From positions 1-64,000 of the forward strand of contig JBDHJS010000007.1 of the NCBI GenBank assembly GCA_039586795.1: a DNA stretch of 64,000 nucleotides, in the 5' to 3' direction. Position numbers and translations under genes: made by a program. The DNA is from Gemmatimonadota bacterium (lineage in GTDB: Bacteria; Gemmatimonadota; Gemmatimonadetes; Palauibacterales; KS3-K002). The notes below the pieces were generated by a model, which worked only from the letters and a program-made list of their open reading frames with translations, had not been told where the DNA came from and searched no databases. Positions 26,192-36,418 of this stretch are shown in pieces. Positions within the stretch are counted from its first letter, which is position 1. Each line of letters starts with the position of its first letter.

Positions 26192-29100
26192 GGCTCACAA
26201 CTCACCGCGACCGTGGCGATCTGGTAGGGATGCACCGCGATAGAGATTCTGTTGTTGCTAAATGGTAGCGGTTCGCCCGGGTCCTCCAGGAGGTTCGAGC
26301 GGTGCGCAAAGCCGACCTGGCAGCCAACCTCGACTTCAGCCTCGGTTGCCACACCGTGCCACTCAACGAGGCGCAGGATCCATTCGTCGGTATCTTCCGC
26401 GCGTTTCAGCGACGTGATCTCAACGTTCTCCGGACTCGCGGACGCGAACGACACAGATCGGTCGAGTTCTCCGTCGTGCGCCGGCTCGAACGCAGCAAGG
26501 AGCGGCGTGTTGTATTCCGCCGCCCGTCGCACGGTACCCGCAGCGCGCCAATCTCCGTCATGCGGGTATAGGGCGAAGCGGAAGTTGTGACGACCACGGT
26601 CGGCCAGGGAGTCGGGCCAGATGGGCGCCTTCAGCAGGGTGAGGCGGAGCACATTGCCCTTGTAGTCCCATCCGTACTTGCTGTCGTTCAGGATGCTGAC
26701 ACCGTAATCGCCTCGCGAGACGTCGGCCCAACGCTGACCGGGCACTTCGAACTTGGCGCGCTCGGCCTTGGTCCGGGGTTGGCCGGTTCGGCCGATGGTC
26801 CCATAGGGTATCTCGTAAGTCGCCGAGTCGGCCCGAATGTTGAGTTCGAACGCGACCTTCAGCGCCTTGCGGCGCTCGCGCCAATCGAAGTCGTTCATCA
26901 CCTCCAGGTGATCCGAGGCCCGTCCGAGCACCAGTGTCTGTCGAAACGTGGAGTTGCCCCAGCGCCGTTCAAGCTCGATGCGGGCTTCCCAATCGTCTAC
27001 CTCGCTGCGCACGCTCCGCACATCATCCACCTCCCACATCTCTCCCCAGGTGACAATGTTCCAGGCGTCCCAAGCATTGGGTCGGTCATCAAATACCTGC
27101 AGCACGTTGCCGCGGCCGTCAGGAGATAGAGCCTCGTGCTCATTCACCCTATCGAATACGCGAAGCAGGTTGCCCGTGAGGGTATCGATCTCGACGCGCA
27201 AGAAATCGTTCTCGATCCAGTTCGGACCGGCAAGTGGTGCCGAGTGTCGCCGGATCTCTTTCGGGACCGGGTCATTCGATGGCCGAAACACCTTCGCACC
27301 GAAGGCGGGCACATCGTCTACGGGGATCCGCAGCATCCGTGCATCCGGCCCTGGAGCACGGACTTCCGCGATGCCATCTCGAGCCCAGCCGAGTGGGTTG
27401 AAGACAACGACCGCATCACCCCTGCCGCTGGTATTCATTCGACCTCGAAGCGCGGCGAAACTCTCCGTCGTCAGCGAATCGATGATCGCCCAGGCCCGGT
27501 CGTAGAAGTCGTCGGCATCTTCGTAGACTTCGCGGATCCCTGAGCCCGGCAGGATGTCATGGAACTGATTGAACAGAACCAGTCGCCAGGCCTCCTCGAG
27601 TCGGGCTCGCGGGTAGTCCGAGATGCCCGGCGTCAGCAGGGCTTCCACCGTCTGAAGCATCACCTCGCTGCGGCGGTTGCGGCGCTTGGACTCGGCCTGG
27701 GATGTGTAAGTACCGCGGTGATACTCCAGGTAGAGCTCGTCATCCCAGACGGGAAGATCTGCGCGTCCGGCGCCCCACCCTTCCAACTTGTGCAGCGCGG
27801 CGAGCGGTTCGTCGTATTGCATCACCGGGAAGGTCGGAACGCGGCGCAGGTTTTCGGCGCGCTCGAGCATCTCTATGGTCGGGCCGCCACCGTGGTCACC
27901 GACACCGTAGAGAACGATCTGGTGGTTGGAGCCCGTCCGCTCTCGGTCGTCGACGCGCTGACGAACAAGGGCGGTGGGCTCGAGGGCATGCGTATAGCCG
28001 TATGGGTTATAAGTAAGGACCCGAGATCCATCGAGACCCTCCCAATGAAACGCGTTGTAGGGCAATTCGGTGGAATCATTCCAGCGGATCTTCTGGGTCA
28101 CGAAGTAGTCCAGTCCGGCGCCGCGTAGAATTTGCGGGATCGTCCATGGGTAGCCGAAACAGTCGGGCGTCCAGGCGACCTGCGAGCGGAAGCCAAAGCG
28201 GCGCTCGAAATAGCGCTGGCCATACAGGCCCTGCCGCACTAGCGACTCACCGGAGGGGACGTTCAGATCGGATTCGACCCACCATCCTCCAATGGGGATC
28301 CAGTAGCCCGCCTCGATCGCCGCAACCAGAGAATCGGCGAGCGCTGGTTCCAGCCTGTCCATGGCATCGTAATACGATGCGGCGCTGCCGGTGAAGATGT
28401 AGCCGGGGAATATCTCAGCGAGCTTGAGCGAAGTGCGCCACGTGTTGCGTATGACATCGATCGTCTCGCTCCACGGCCAAAGCCAGGCCGCATCGATGTG
28501 AGAATTGCCGATCAGGTGAAGCGTGTCACCCTTGATCTGGTCGGCGAGCGGTGCGTACGCTCTGGCGTATCGTTGCGACAAAGCGCGATAGGCATCCGGG
28601 TCACCAAGGGCCACTAGCCATTCATCGGCGTCCGGCCGCTCGATGGACGGAGCTCGACCGGCCAGCGCGATGGCGTAGTCGTATCCGTCGGCGTACTCCG
28701 GGTATCCGATCTCGCGAACGCGCACGACGGGCGTGAGCCAGAGTGGACGACCCGGCTCCGGTTCGATCTCTATCCGCAGGGCTTCGTCGATTCGACAGGG
28801 GGCGCACAGCTCGACCACACCATCGTGCCACGCCGCCGGTCGACCGTTGACCCGGTATATGGCGCCCGATCCCAAGCCGCGGGTCAGCAGGTCGACGCTC
28901 AGACCGTCAAACGCCGGGGGGACGACCAGACTTGCGGACAGTTGAAGCGCTTCGTCACCGGCAGAATCCACCTGGAGCGAGGCGATCTCGATGCGACCAC
29001 CAACCAGGCGCAGCAGCAGCTCGGCGTCCACGGCGACGGGCCGCCGCAGCGAGCCGCCCCTCCACGAGGTCGTGGCGACGATGGGCGTTTCGCCCAGGCC

Positions 29101-29934
29101 GGCCCGGCGCAGCTCGCGAAACGGCAACTCGATCTCCACCTCCGCTGGCTCGCCAGGCGCCAACACCGTGAAGCTCGCACGCGGCCACCCACGGTCGCCC
29201 TGTTGCAACTGAACGTTGACTTGCCGAAGCGTATCGGGGCCCCAGGCGAAGAGAGGGGTCACGGCGACCGGAGTCAGCTCGCCGGCCTCCCAACGCAGGG
29301 AGCCGCTCCAGCGTACGGGGCCGACGGTGACGGCGGGCGCAGGATAAACGAATGCCGTCAGTCCCGGCGGCCGGACGATGCTGAGCTGAAGGTCATCAAG
29401 AGGCGGCGAGCCAGGTGCCGACGCCAGGCGGCCCAGCAGGCCGAACCCGCCGCCGCGGTTGAGCGGCTTCAGCATCAGGCTGTTCCAACCTTCGCCAAGC
29501 CTGACCATCACCGTGTCGCGCCCCCAACCCAAGCCGCGGGCCACGTCGTGGACCCAGACGCGCTGCCCGTTCACCCGAACGACAAGATCGTCGTCGCTGT
29601 CGGCGATCAGCAGAACTGTTCGATCCTCCGGCGCGAACACATAGGTGTGGGCGTACGCGGCGCTCCATTCCGTCGACTGATCGGCGAACGCGACGTTCAG
29701 GTCAACCCTGCCGACGGAATCGGCATCGACCTCGAGCCAGCCCGCTTCGCCGAGAGTCGGCATCACCGTGCTCTCACCTGAGAGATAATCGCGGATCACA
29801 CGCTCGGGGTCGGCGGGCGCTGGCAATGGCTCGTGGATGAGCCATCGCCCGATGATGAGCTCCTGAGATAGACCCGGCGACGCCAGCGCCAGGGTCAAGA
29901 AGGCGACGGTCGCAAAGCAGCGCACGTTCTTCAT
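26188..29934 (-). CDS. Secreted GH38 alpha-mannosidase
   Basis: Signal peptide from ATG 29934; GNSHIDAAWLW, WTPDCFGY, YGVGDHGGGP, ELYLEYHRG and NQFHDILPG motifs. Confidence 0.92.
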   Translation of the reverse strand: MKNVRCFATVAFLTLALASPGLSQELIIGRWLIHEPLPAPADPERVIRDYLSGESTVMPTLGEAGWLEVDADSVGRVDLNVAFADQSTEWSAAYAHTYVFAPEDRTVLLIADSDDDLVVRVNGQRVWVHDVARGLGWGRDTVMVRLGEGWNSLMLKPLNRGGGFGLLGRLASAPGSPPLDDLQLSIVRPPGLTAFVYPAPAVTVGPVRWSGSLRWEAGELTPVAVTPLFAWGPDTLRQVNVQLQQGDRGWPRASFTVLAPGEPAEVEIELPFRELRRAGLGETPIVATTSWRGGSLRRPVAVDAELLLRLVGGRIEIASLQVDSAGDEALQLSASLVVPPAFDGLSVDLLTRGLGSGAIYRVNGRPAAWHDGVVELCAPCRIDEALRIEIEPEPGRPLWLTPVVRVREIGYPEYADGYDYAIALAGRAPSIERPDADEWLVALGDPDAYRALSQRYARAYAPLADQIKGDTLHLIGNSHIDAAWLWPWSETIDVIRNTWRTSLKLAEIFPGYIFTGSAASYYDAMDRLEPALADSLVAAIEAGYWIPIGGWWVESDLNVPSGESLVRQGLYGQRYFERRFGFRSQVAWTPDCFGYPWTIPQILRGAGLDYFVTQKIRWNDSTELPYNAFHWEGLDGSRVLTYNPYGYTHALEPTALVRQRVDDRERTGSNHQIVLYGVGDHGGGPTIEMLERAENLRRVPTFPVMQYDEPLAALHKLEGWGAGRADLPVWDDELYLEYHRGTYTSQAESKRRNRRSEVMLQTVEALLTPGISDYPRARLEEAWRLVLFNQFHDILPGSGIREVYEDADDFYDRAWAIIDSLTTESFAALRGRMNTSGRGDAVVVFNPLGWARDGIAEVRAPGPDARMLRIPVDDVPAFGAKVFRPSNDPVPKEIRRHSAPLAGPNWIENDFLRVEIDTLTGNLLRVFDRVNEHEALSPDGRGNVLQVFDDRPNAWDAWNIVTWGEMWEVDDVRSVRSEVDDWEARIELERRWGNSTFRQTLVLGRASDHLEVMNDFDWRERRKALKVAFELNIRADSATYEIPYGTIGRTGQPRTKAERAKFEVPGQRWADVSRGDYGVSILNDSKYGWDYKGNVLRLTLLKAPIWPDSLADRGRHNFRFALYPHDGDWRAAGTVRRAAEYNTPLLAAFEPAHDGELDRSVSFASASPENVEITSLKRAEDTDEWILRLVEWHGVATEAEVEVGCQVGFAHRSNLLEDPGEPLPFSNNRISIAVHPYQIATVAVSCEP

Positions 29935-29948
29935 CGTTGTCGGGGTAT

Positions 29949-30521
29949 TCAGAAGCTGTAGGACACGGTCAAGCCGATTTCGCCGTTCTGAATCGGCCCA
30001 AGGCCAAGCTGCAACTGTGAAATCGCTATCGGCTCCCATTGTGGGCCAGCGATCCATCGTTCGGCGCGAACTCCTATCCAGTATCCGCCATAGGCACCGA
30101 TCATGGCGCCGCCGACCACGGCGAGGCTTCTGACGAAGGTGCTGGCATTATCGGAAAGCTCGCTGGCAAGTGTGGCACCGCCCACAATACCGACCAGCAC
30201 GCCGAAGATCGCCCCGATGCCACTCGTCGATTCGTCTAGCACCTCGAGTTTTTCCATATCGTCGTAGGCGATGGCTCTCCGACCCTCGGACTCTTTCCGG
30301 CCCTGAACGACCAGCGTATCGGCGCTGAGTCCAACGACCTGTCCCTCGATGAAATCGGGAGACAGTATCGGGGCTGTGATGCGCACGACGTCGCCAGGGA
30401 ACAAGATCGGGCGCTCGCGGCGGAAATCATCGCGGAGCGGTGGTGCCTCCTGCGCAAGGCTGTCAACTTGCACGGAGAGTATCAGCATAGCGCCTAGTGC
30501 GAGTGCGTAAACTCGATGCAT
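29949..30521 (-). CDS. Hypothetical secreted/membrane protein with glycine-zipper-like segment
   Basis: Signal peptide, GAIFGVLVGIVGG, C-terminal VSYSF; start uncertain. Confidence 0.6.
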   Translation of the reverse strand: MHRVYALALGAMLILSVQVDSLAQEAPPLRDDFRRERPILFPGDVVRITAPILSPDFIEGQVVGLSADTLVVQGRKESEGRRAIAYDDMEKLEVLDESTSGIGAIFGVLVGIVGGATLASELSDNASTFVRSLAVVGGAMIGAYGGYWIGVRAERWIAGPQWEPIAISQLQLGLGPIQNGEIGLTVSYSF

Positions 30522-30717
30522 CTCAATATGCTTCACGCTGCGCCCCCGTTCGTCGGTCTGCGTAAGGTCCGTCTCGCTCATGCGAGCCACCTGACAGTAT
30601 GTAACGGGTTTATCGGTTGCCTGTTTCCGTCTCCATGCTGGACAGGGACGGCCCGCCGCGCAACCCCGACGTGCCGCTTGAAGCCGGCGTTCGCCGACTC
30701 CATCATTGAGGAGCCAA

Positions 30718-32592
30718 ATGACACCCGAGACCCAAGCCATCGACCGGATCTACTGTGAGCGAGCGGAGGAGTTCGCCGCCAGGGGCGAGGCCTGCGCCAC
30801 CCGGTCCCGCATGCTCAGCCATCTCAGACTGGGGGCGTTCCTCGCCGGTGGCGCGGCAGTGCTGTGGATGCTCGAGCCGCGGTTCGCTCTATCGATTCAC
30901 ATGACGCTTGCCGTCGTTCTGGCACTGTGCTTTGTCGGCCTGATGCTCTACCAGAACAAGATCAACCACAGCTGCGACCGGTACGTGGAGTTGGCGAAGC
31001 TCAACGGAGAAGGACAGGCACGGCGGGCCCGCGACTGGCCGGCGCTGCCGCACGACGGCTCAATCAAAGGTGATGTCGATCGCTCCTTCGCTGACGATCT
31101 CGACCTCTTCGGCCAAGCATCCCTGTTCACGTTGCTCGGCACAGTCTCGACGCTTCCCGGGAGGCAGACCCTGCGCGGTTGGCTGCTCGACTCAGCGCCG
31201 CCACCGATCATCGCGGAACGGCAGTCCGCGGCTCGCGAACTGTCGCCGGCTATCGATCTCAGGCAAGAGGTTACGACGCGAGGCCGAACGGTCACCGGCG
31301 CCACGCCGGCAAGCGTAGAGCGTTTTCTCAGTTGGGCGGAGAGCGAACCCTGGCTGAGGAAGCGGCCCTGGGTGATTTGGAGCGCGCGTAGCCTGGTCGT
31401 CATCACGGGTGCACTGATCATTCTGAATGTTGTCGGAGAAGTCACCTACATGGCCTGGCTTGCCGCGTTGGCCGTCAACCTGGCATTTAGCTACACGGTG
31501 GGAAAACAGGTACACACGATCTTCGACCGGGCGTTCGAACGAGAGTCGGCGTTCCAGCGGTACGCGGCTATCCTCAGGCTCGCTTCCGAAACAAGCTTCA
31601 GCGCGGCGCCTCTTCAGAACCTCCAGCATGCATTGTCCGCCGGCGGCGTCCCGGCCTACCGTCAATTGGAGCGTCTCCACCGGCTGCTTTCCCTGGCCGA
31701 AGTCCGGTTCTCCATGCCGTACGTCGCGATCCAGGCTTTCACCTTGTGGGACTTCCATGTATTGGCCCGACTCGAGAAGTGGCAGATCACCGCTGGACGT
31801 CATGCTCGCAGCTGGCTAACGTCGCTCGGCGAGTTTGACGCGCTTTGCGCGCTCGCCGGACTGAGCTTCGACAATCCGAACTGGGCGTTTCCAGAAATGG
31901 GAGGCGACGAAACCCCAGTCGTCGAAGCCACCGGCCTGGGCCACCCTCTACTACCCGACAATTCACGCGTCGTAAACGACGTGACGGTCGGTCCGCCGGG
32001 CACATTTCTGCTTGTTACGGGCTCGAATATGTCGGGTAAGAGCACCTTGCTGAGAGCCATCGGAATCAACGTTGTCTTGGCGGGGGCGGGCGGCCCGGTA
32101 TGCGCGTCCGCGATGAGGCTGCCGCGGGTGAGCCTGGAGACCAGCATGCGCATCCATGACTCGCTCCAGGCTGGATTGTCGCACTTCATGGCCGAGCTCG
32201 AACGTTTGAAGCAGGTCGTCACGGCAGCCCGTTCCGCGGATGGAACGATCCTGCTCTATCTCCTGGATGACATCTTCCAGGGGACGAACACCGTGGAACG
32301 TCAGATTGCGGCTCGGAAGGTGATCAACCACCTGGTGGGCACCGGCGCGATCGGCGCCGTAACATCACACGACCTTGCTCTGGCAGACACCGCTGAGCTT
32401 TCGGTGGCGCGGGATCCCGTTCACTTTACCGAGAGCATCAGCGAGACGCCGGACGGACCACGAATCGATTTTGACTACAAGCTGAAGCCGGGCATCGCGA
32501 CCTCGAAGAACGCGCTCAAGTTGCTGGAGATCGTTGGCCTCGATCTCGGCCTAAGGAAGACAGAAGAATCCGAGCCCGGCGAGTCATCGTAG
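30718..32592 (+). CDS. Membrane-anchored MutS-related ATPase (domain V)
   Basis: TGSNMSGKST, SHFMAEL, LDDIFQGTN and TSHD motifs; N-terminal TMs; RBS GAGGAG. Confidence 0.9.
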   Translation: MTPETQAIDRIYCERAEEFAARGEACATRSRMLSHLRLGAFLAGGAAVLWMLEPRFALSIHMTLAVVLALCFVGLMLYQNKINHSCDRYVELAKLNGEGQARRARDWPALPHDGSIKGDVDRSFADDLDLFGQASLFTLLGTVSTLPGRQTLRGWLLDSAPPPIIAERQSAARELSPAIDLRQEVTTRGRTVTGATPASVERFLSWAESEPWLRKRPWVIWSARSLVVITGALIILNVVGEVTYMAWLAALAVNLAFSYTVGKQVHTIFDRAFERESAFQRYAAILRLASETSFSAAPLQNLQHALSAGGVPAYRQLERLHRLLSLAEVRFSMPYVAIQAFTLWDFHVLARLEKWQITAGRHARSWLTSLGEFDALCALAGLSFDNPNWAFPEMGGDETPVVEATGLGHPLLPDNSRVVNDVTVGPPGTFLLVTGSNMSGKSTLLRAIGINVVLAGAGGPVCASAMRLPRVSLETSMRIHDSLQAGLSHFMAELERLKQVVTAARSADGTILLYLLDDIFQGTNTVERQIAARKVINHLVGTGAIGAVTSHDLALADTAELSVARDPVHFTESISETPDGPRIDFDYKLKPGIATSKNALKLLEIVGLDLGLRKTEESEPGESS

Positions 32593-32637
32593 GGGAATTG
32601 TGGGCGAAGCATCCTGACACTAGAAGAGACTGGAAAT

Positions 32638-32931
32638 ATGGTTGACCCGATACTGATCCCGATCCTCGCCATCACCTTCACGCTTGGCGTTCCGGCCATC
32701 GCCCTGGCGACGCATTTCGTGTTGCGGCCGCTGGTGCGAGATATCGTGGGAGCAATAAAGACGGACAAGGAGAAGGAGCGGGCGCTTCCCGCCGACGTGG
32801 ATGCACGGCTGGAACGGCTCGAGGAAGCCTACGGCCGTCTCGAGAGCAACCTGAATCATCTATTGGAAGTGGAGCGTTTCCACCGCGAGCTAGAGTCCGG
32901 AAACAAAGAAAGCGACTCGCGACAGTCTTAA
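32638..32931 (+). CDS. Small single-TM coiled-coil protein
   Basis: N-terminal TM helix followed by the RLERLEE coiled coil. Confidence 0.7.
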   Translation: MVDPILIPILAITFTLGVPAIALATHFVLRPLVRDIVGAIKTDKEKERALPADVDARLERLEEAYGRLESNLNHLLEVERFHRELESGNKESDSRQS

Positions 32932-33008
32932 CGTTACGTGACGGCGGCACCGCTGGCCGCGGTGCCGCCCCTCGCCAGGCGATACCGCGGCCGAATCGTG
33001 CACACCAG

Positions 33009-33821
33009 TTAGTTGAGCCTGTAGCCTACGCTCAGGCTGAATACGAGGTTGATGAACTCGGTCAGATCGTCGTCGAGGGGAAGCCGGAGCTGGGCGCCCG
33101 GGTGCCAACGACCGAACTTGAGATTTGCAAACAGACCCAGCTGGTGTAGGGAACGCTCTCCCACGCTGCCATCTTCCGTCAGAATCGCGCGACCGCTGAA
33201 TCCGCCACCGGCGCCGATGATATCAGATTCGTACCAAGCCGTCAGACTGTACAACGCGAACAACTCCGGATCCCCACCGTTCTCGGTCGGGATATCGAGA
33301 ATGGGCGCCACGCGAACGCGCGTGCCAAAGCCCTTGCCGCTCCGGTATCGGTAGTTGAAGGCTGCGATGATCGAAAAAACATCGGGCGTGAAAGCCTCGA
33401 AACGATCCACCCAGTCGCTGAACAGGCCGATGAGCGTGCCGAAGTTATCCTCGGATGCCAGCGGAACGCGGACTCCGAATTCACCGAAGACCCCCGACTC
33501 CAGCCGCCCGTACTCCAAACCAGCGTACAAGTTACCAACCGTGAAGTCAGAATCGCCAAAGTTCTCGATCCCGCCGTTGGCGAACGGCAATTCACCGAAC
33601 AGTGCCAGCTTTTCGTTGAATGCGTAGCGGCCCGACAAGAAGAACGTCGCACTTAAAAACGTCAGGTCTGTGTCGTCGAAGCTCGGCTTGAGGATCTCGA
33701 GATAGAGAGCGCGGTTGGGCTGCCGTTCCAACCACAGTGACTGCGCCTCCAACTCACCGGCAAGCGGCACCAGGGCGAGCCAGAGCGCTGCCAAGCTCAG
33801 CGAACCACGTAGATACGCCAT
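33009..33821 (-). CDS. Putative outer-membrane beta-barrel protein
   Basis: RBS GGGAGG, signal peptide, amphipathic beta strands, C-terminal LSVGYRLN. Confidence 0.7.
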   Translation of the reverse strand: MAYLRGSLSLAALWLALVPLAGELEAQSLWLERQPNRALYLEILKPSFDDTDLTFLSATFFLSGRYAFNEKLALFGELPFANGGIENFGDSDFTVGNLYAGLEYGRLESGVFGEFGVRVPLASEDNFGTLIGLFSDWVDRFEAFTPDVFSIIAAFNYRYRSGKGFGTRVRVAPILDIPTENGGDPELFALYSLTAWYESDIIGAGGGFSGRAILTEDGSVGERSLHQLGLFANLKFGRWHPGAQLRLPLDDDLTEFINLVFSLSVGYRLN

Positions 33822-33977
33822 GATGGCCTCCCAGCCATGCTCGCCGGCCGGGCGCTCGCCTGTGGCCACGTCACCGGCTAGCGGGCACGCCTTTAGGAAA
33901 GGGGCATCAGCGCGAGGACTCGCTGCTGACAAGAACTGTAAGATATTTTACTCGAATTGTCAAGCCGGTTAAGCATT

Positions 33978-35399
33978 CTATCCCAGCAGACGGCTTGCGG
34001 TCTCGCGCCCGTCTTTGACACAGTCGGGAAGCCCAATACCGCGGAAGCCACTGCCCGTGACGTGGAGACCGGTGTGGCCGGCAAGCGCTTCATCGATCTC
34101 CCGACTGCGCTGAGCGTGGCCCACATCGTACTGCGGATTTGACTGCTTCCAACGGTAGACACGCGCGAAGAGAGGCTCCGTCGTGATGCCGGCGATCTTA
34201 CTCAGCTCCTCGCGGCACATCCGGATCACATCGTCGTCTTCCCTCTCCAACTGATCCGCGGTACGATCGCCACCCACAAAGCAGCGCACCAGGAAACCAT
34301 CCTCCGGCGAACGATGTTCGAACTTGTTGGTTATCCAGGTGGCGCCGTTGATCCGGCGGCCTTCGCAGCTGGGGATGAGAAAACCGTATCCCTTGAGTCG
34401 ATCGGCAACCTCGCTCCTTTTGTAGGCGAAGAAGACCGCGCCCGAACTCACGTAGCGGATCGAGCCCATCATCTCCTTTAGCTTCCGCAAATCGTCGCCC
34501 AGCATCCGTGCGGCGACCCAAGCGGGCACGGCTAGAATGACATCGGTATACCCGCCGAACGACCCGGTCTTCGTGTCCAGCGCGTAGCCATCGTCGGCTC
34601 TTCGTATTCGAGTGATGTCGGCACCCAAGTACACGCCAGCACCTCTGAGTCGATCTTCCAGGGCCGACACCAACTGGTCCAAGCCGCCGCGCAACGAGCA
34701 AAACGCAGGCAGGCTGCGGTTGCCTGCCCGACCGCCCTGCGGTGCCCTGAGCATGGTGAGCAACAGACTGCGGTTCTTCGCCACCATCTGCGGGAACCGG
34801 GGGAAAGTGCTGTAGATGCTCAGCTTGTGCGGGTCGCCCGAGTAGATTCCGGCGATCAGCGGATCGATGATTCGCTCGACGGCTTCCGCGCCCAAGCGTC
34901 GGCCGAAGAAGTCGGCCATGGACTCATCCTGTTTGGCCGGGCCGCGTGGCATTAGCAGGTCGCCGGCCATTCGCAGTTTCGAGCCCCAGGAAACGACGCC
35001 GCTGGAAGCGTAGGCGGCGATCTTCTTCGCCCAGCTGCTGCCGGTGCCGTACGGCAGCGACCGAAGCGCGCCACGCGAGTAGAGGGCAACGCCTCGGTGT
35101 TCGTCGCGGGTCGGAATGATCTCGTCTTCGAGGCCCAACTCCCGACATAGCTCGAGCGCCGCGGGCTTGAGCGTCAGCATCGCATCCGGTCCTGCGTCGA
35201 GGACGTAGCCATCCTCACGGTCGGTCAGGATCACGCCACCCAAACGGTCGCGGGCCTCGTAGATGTCGAGAGTAAGAGGTAGGTCTCGTTGGCTTGCCTG
35301 GAGGGTCAGCTCATACGCGGCCGCCAGGCCGGCTATTCCACCACCGACGACGGCGACCTTCCTTGCGCCCGCTTCAGGGCTCCGAGCCTGGTCGTCCAC
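33978..35399 (-). CDS. hemY: Proto/coproporphyrinogen oxidase (HemY family)
   Basis: GGGIAGLAAA, EARDRLGG, GIYSGDP, PQYDVGH and GIGLPDCV motifs. Confidence 0.93.
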   Translation of the reverse strand: MDDQARSPEAGARKVAVVGGGIAGLAAAYELTLQASQRDLPLTLDIYEARDRLGGVILTDREDGYVLDAGPDAMLTLKPAALELCRELGLEDEIIPTRDEHRGVALYSRGALRSLPYGTGSSWAKKIAAYASSGVVSWGSKLRMAGDLLMPRGPAKQDESMADFFGRRLGAEAVERIIDPLIAGIYSGDPHKLSIYSTFPRFPQMVAKNRSLLLTMLRAPQGGRAGNRSLPAFCSLRGGLDQLVSALEDRLRGAGVYLGADITRIRRADDGYALDTKTGSFGGYTDVILAVPAWVAARMLGDDLRKLKEMMGSIRYVSSGAVFFAYKRSEVADRLKGYGFLIPSCEGRRINGATWITNKFEHRSPEDGFLVRCFVGGDRTADQLEREDDDVIRMCREELSKIAGITTEPLFARVYRWKQSNPQYDVGHAQRSREIDEALAGHTGLHVTGSGFRGIGLPDCVKDGRETASRLLG

Positions 35400-36413
35400 T
35401 CAGGAGTAAGTTGGATACGTGGGGGATTGGAGCGAGTCGTCCGGCAGCGTGACGGTCTCGGCGTGCTCCCCCGCTTCCGCTTTTCTTACGACGGCGGCCA
35501 GTGCCTCGATGTAGGTCGCACTCGTCCCCAAAGCTTCGGCTCGATAGAAGGCGATCCCACGATCCTCGGCATCCTGCCTGCCTTCGATGTCGAAGTCAAA
35601 GAGGGTCTCCAGGTGCTCGGAGACGAAGCCGACGGTACAGCACATCACCGCCTCATGACCCTCCGCCGACAATTCATCCAGCGTCTCCGCCAATGTCGGA
35701 CCGAGCCACTTGTCCTGCGTCTCGCCCTGGCTTGTGAACGCGAATCGCCAGTTCATTCCTTCGACGCGGTCCGCCACAAGCTGTGATGTCTCCAACAGCT
35801 GCTCGCGATACGGGTCACCTTCCCTGAGAATCTTCTCAGGCAGACTGTGCGCCGTGAACACGACTGGCATATCAGCGCGCTGCGACTCGGGCACCCGGTC
35901 GATCGCCGCGCGCAGCTTCTCCTCGAGAGCATCGATGAACAACAGCTCGTCGTGGTAGGACTTGACGCACTGTATCTCGAGGGGTTGCTCGATGTCGTCC
36001 AATCCTTCCCGCACGTAGTTCAGATACTGTGCGATGCTCATCGTCGAGTAGTGGGGGGCCAGCGTGATAGCGACGACCCGTTCAATCCCATCGGCTGCCA
36101 TCTGTCTGACCGCTTCGGGGATGTAGGGGTGCCAATGCTTCATCCCCAGGTAGCCGCGATAGCCGCCGCTCTCTTTGTTGAGCAGCTCTTCCAGCGCCCG
36201 CATCTGCTCGACCGTCGTCTGGTAGAGCGGCGACGGTCCACCGATCAGTCCGTATCTGTGCTTGAGATCCTCGACCGCTTCGTCGGACGGGGGATGGCCA
36301 TGCCGTATGTGAGTAAGGTACGGCCGCACGTCGTCCATGCTCTCCGGCGTTCCGTACGCCATCACCAACAGTCCCGTGGTTTCACCCACTGCTGCAGCAC
36401 CCTTTCCTTGCAC
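35400..36413 (-). CDS. hemH: Ferrochelatase (CpfC-like)
   Basis: LLVMAYGTP, FTAHSLP, WLGP and GFVSEHLETL motifs. Confidence 0.94.
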   Translation of the reverse strand: MQGKGAAAVGETTGLLVMAYGTPESMDDVRPYLTHIRHGHPPSDEAVEDLKHRYGLIGGPSPLYQTTVEQMRALEELLNKESGGYRGYLGMKHWHPYIPEAVRQMAADGIERVVAITLAPHYSTMSIAQYLNYVREGLDDIEQPLEIQCVKSYHDELLFIDALEEKLRAAIDRVPESQRADMPVVFTAHSLPEKILREGDPYREQLLETSQLVADRVEGMNWRFAFTSQGETQDKWLGPTLAETLDELSAEGHEAVMCCTVGFVSEHLETLFDFDIEGRQDAEDRGIAFYRAEALGTSATYIEALAAVVRKAEAGEHAETVTLPDDSLQSPTYPTYS

Positions 36414-36418
36414 GTTGT

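Noticed and set aside
32943..32969. GC hairpin between convergent genes (similar one at 59791-59819)
   Set aside because: No U-tract and not repeated; probably ordinary 3' end structures.
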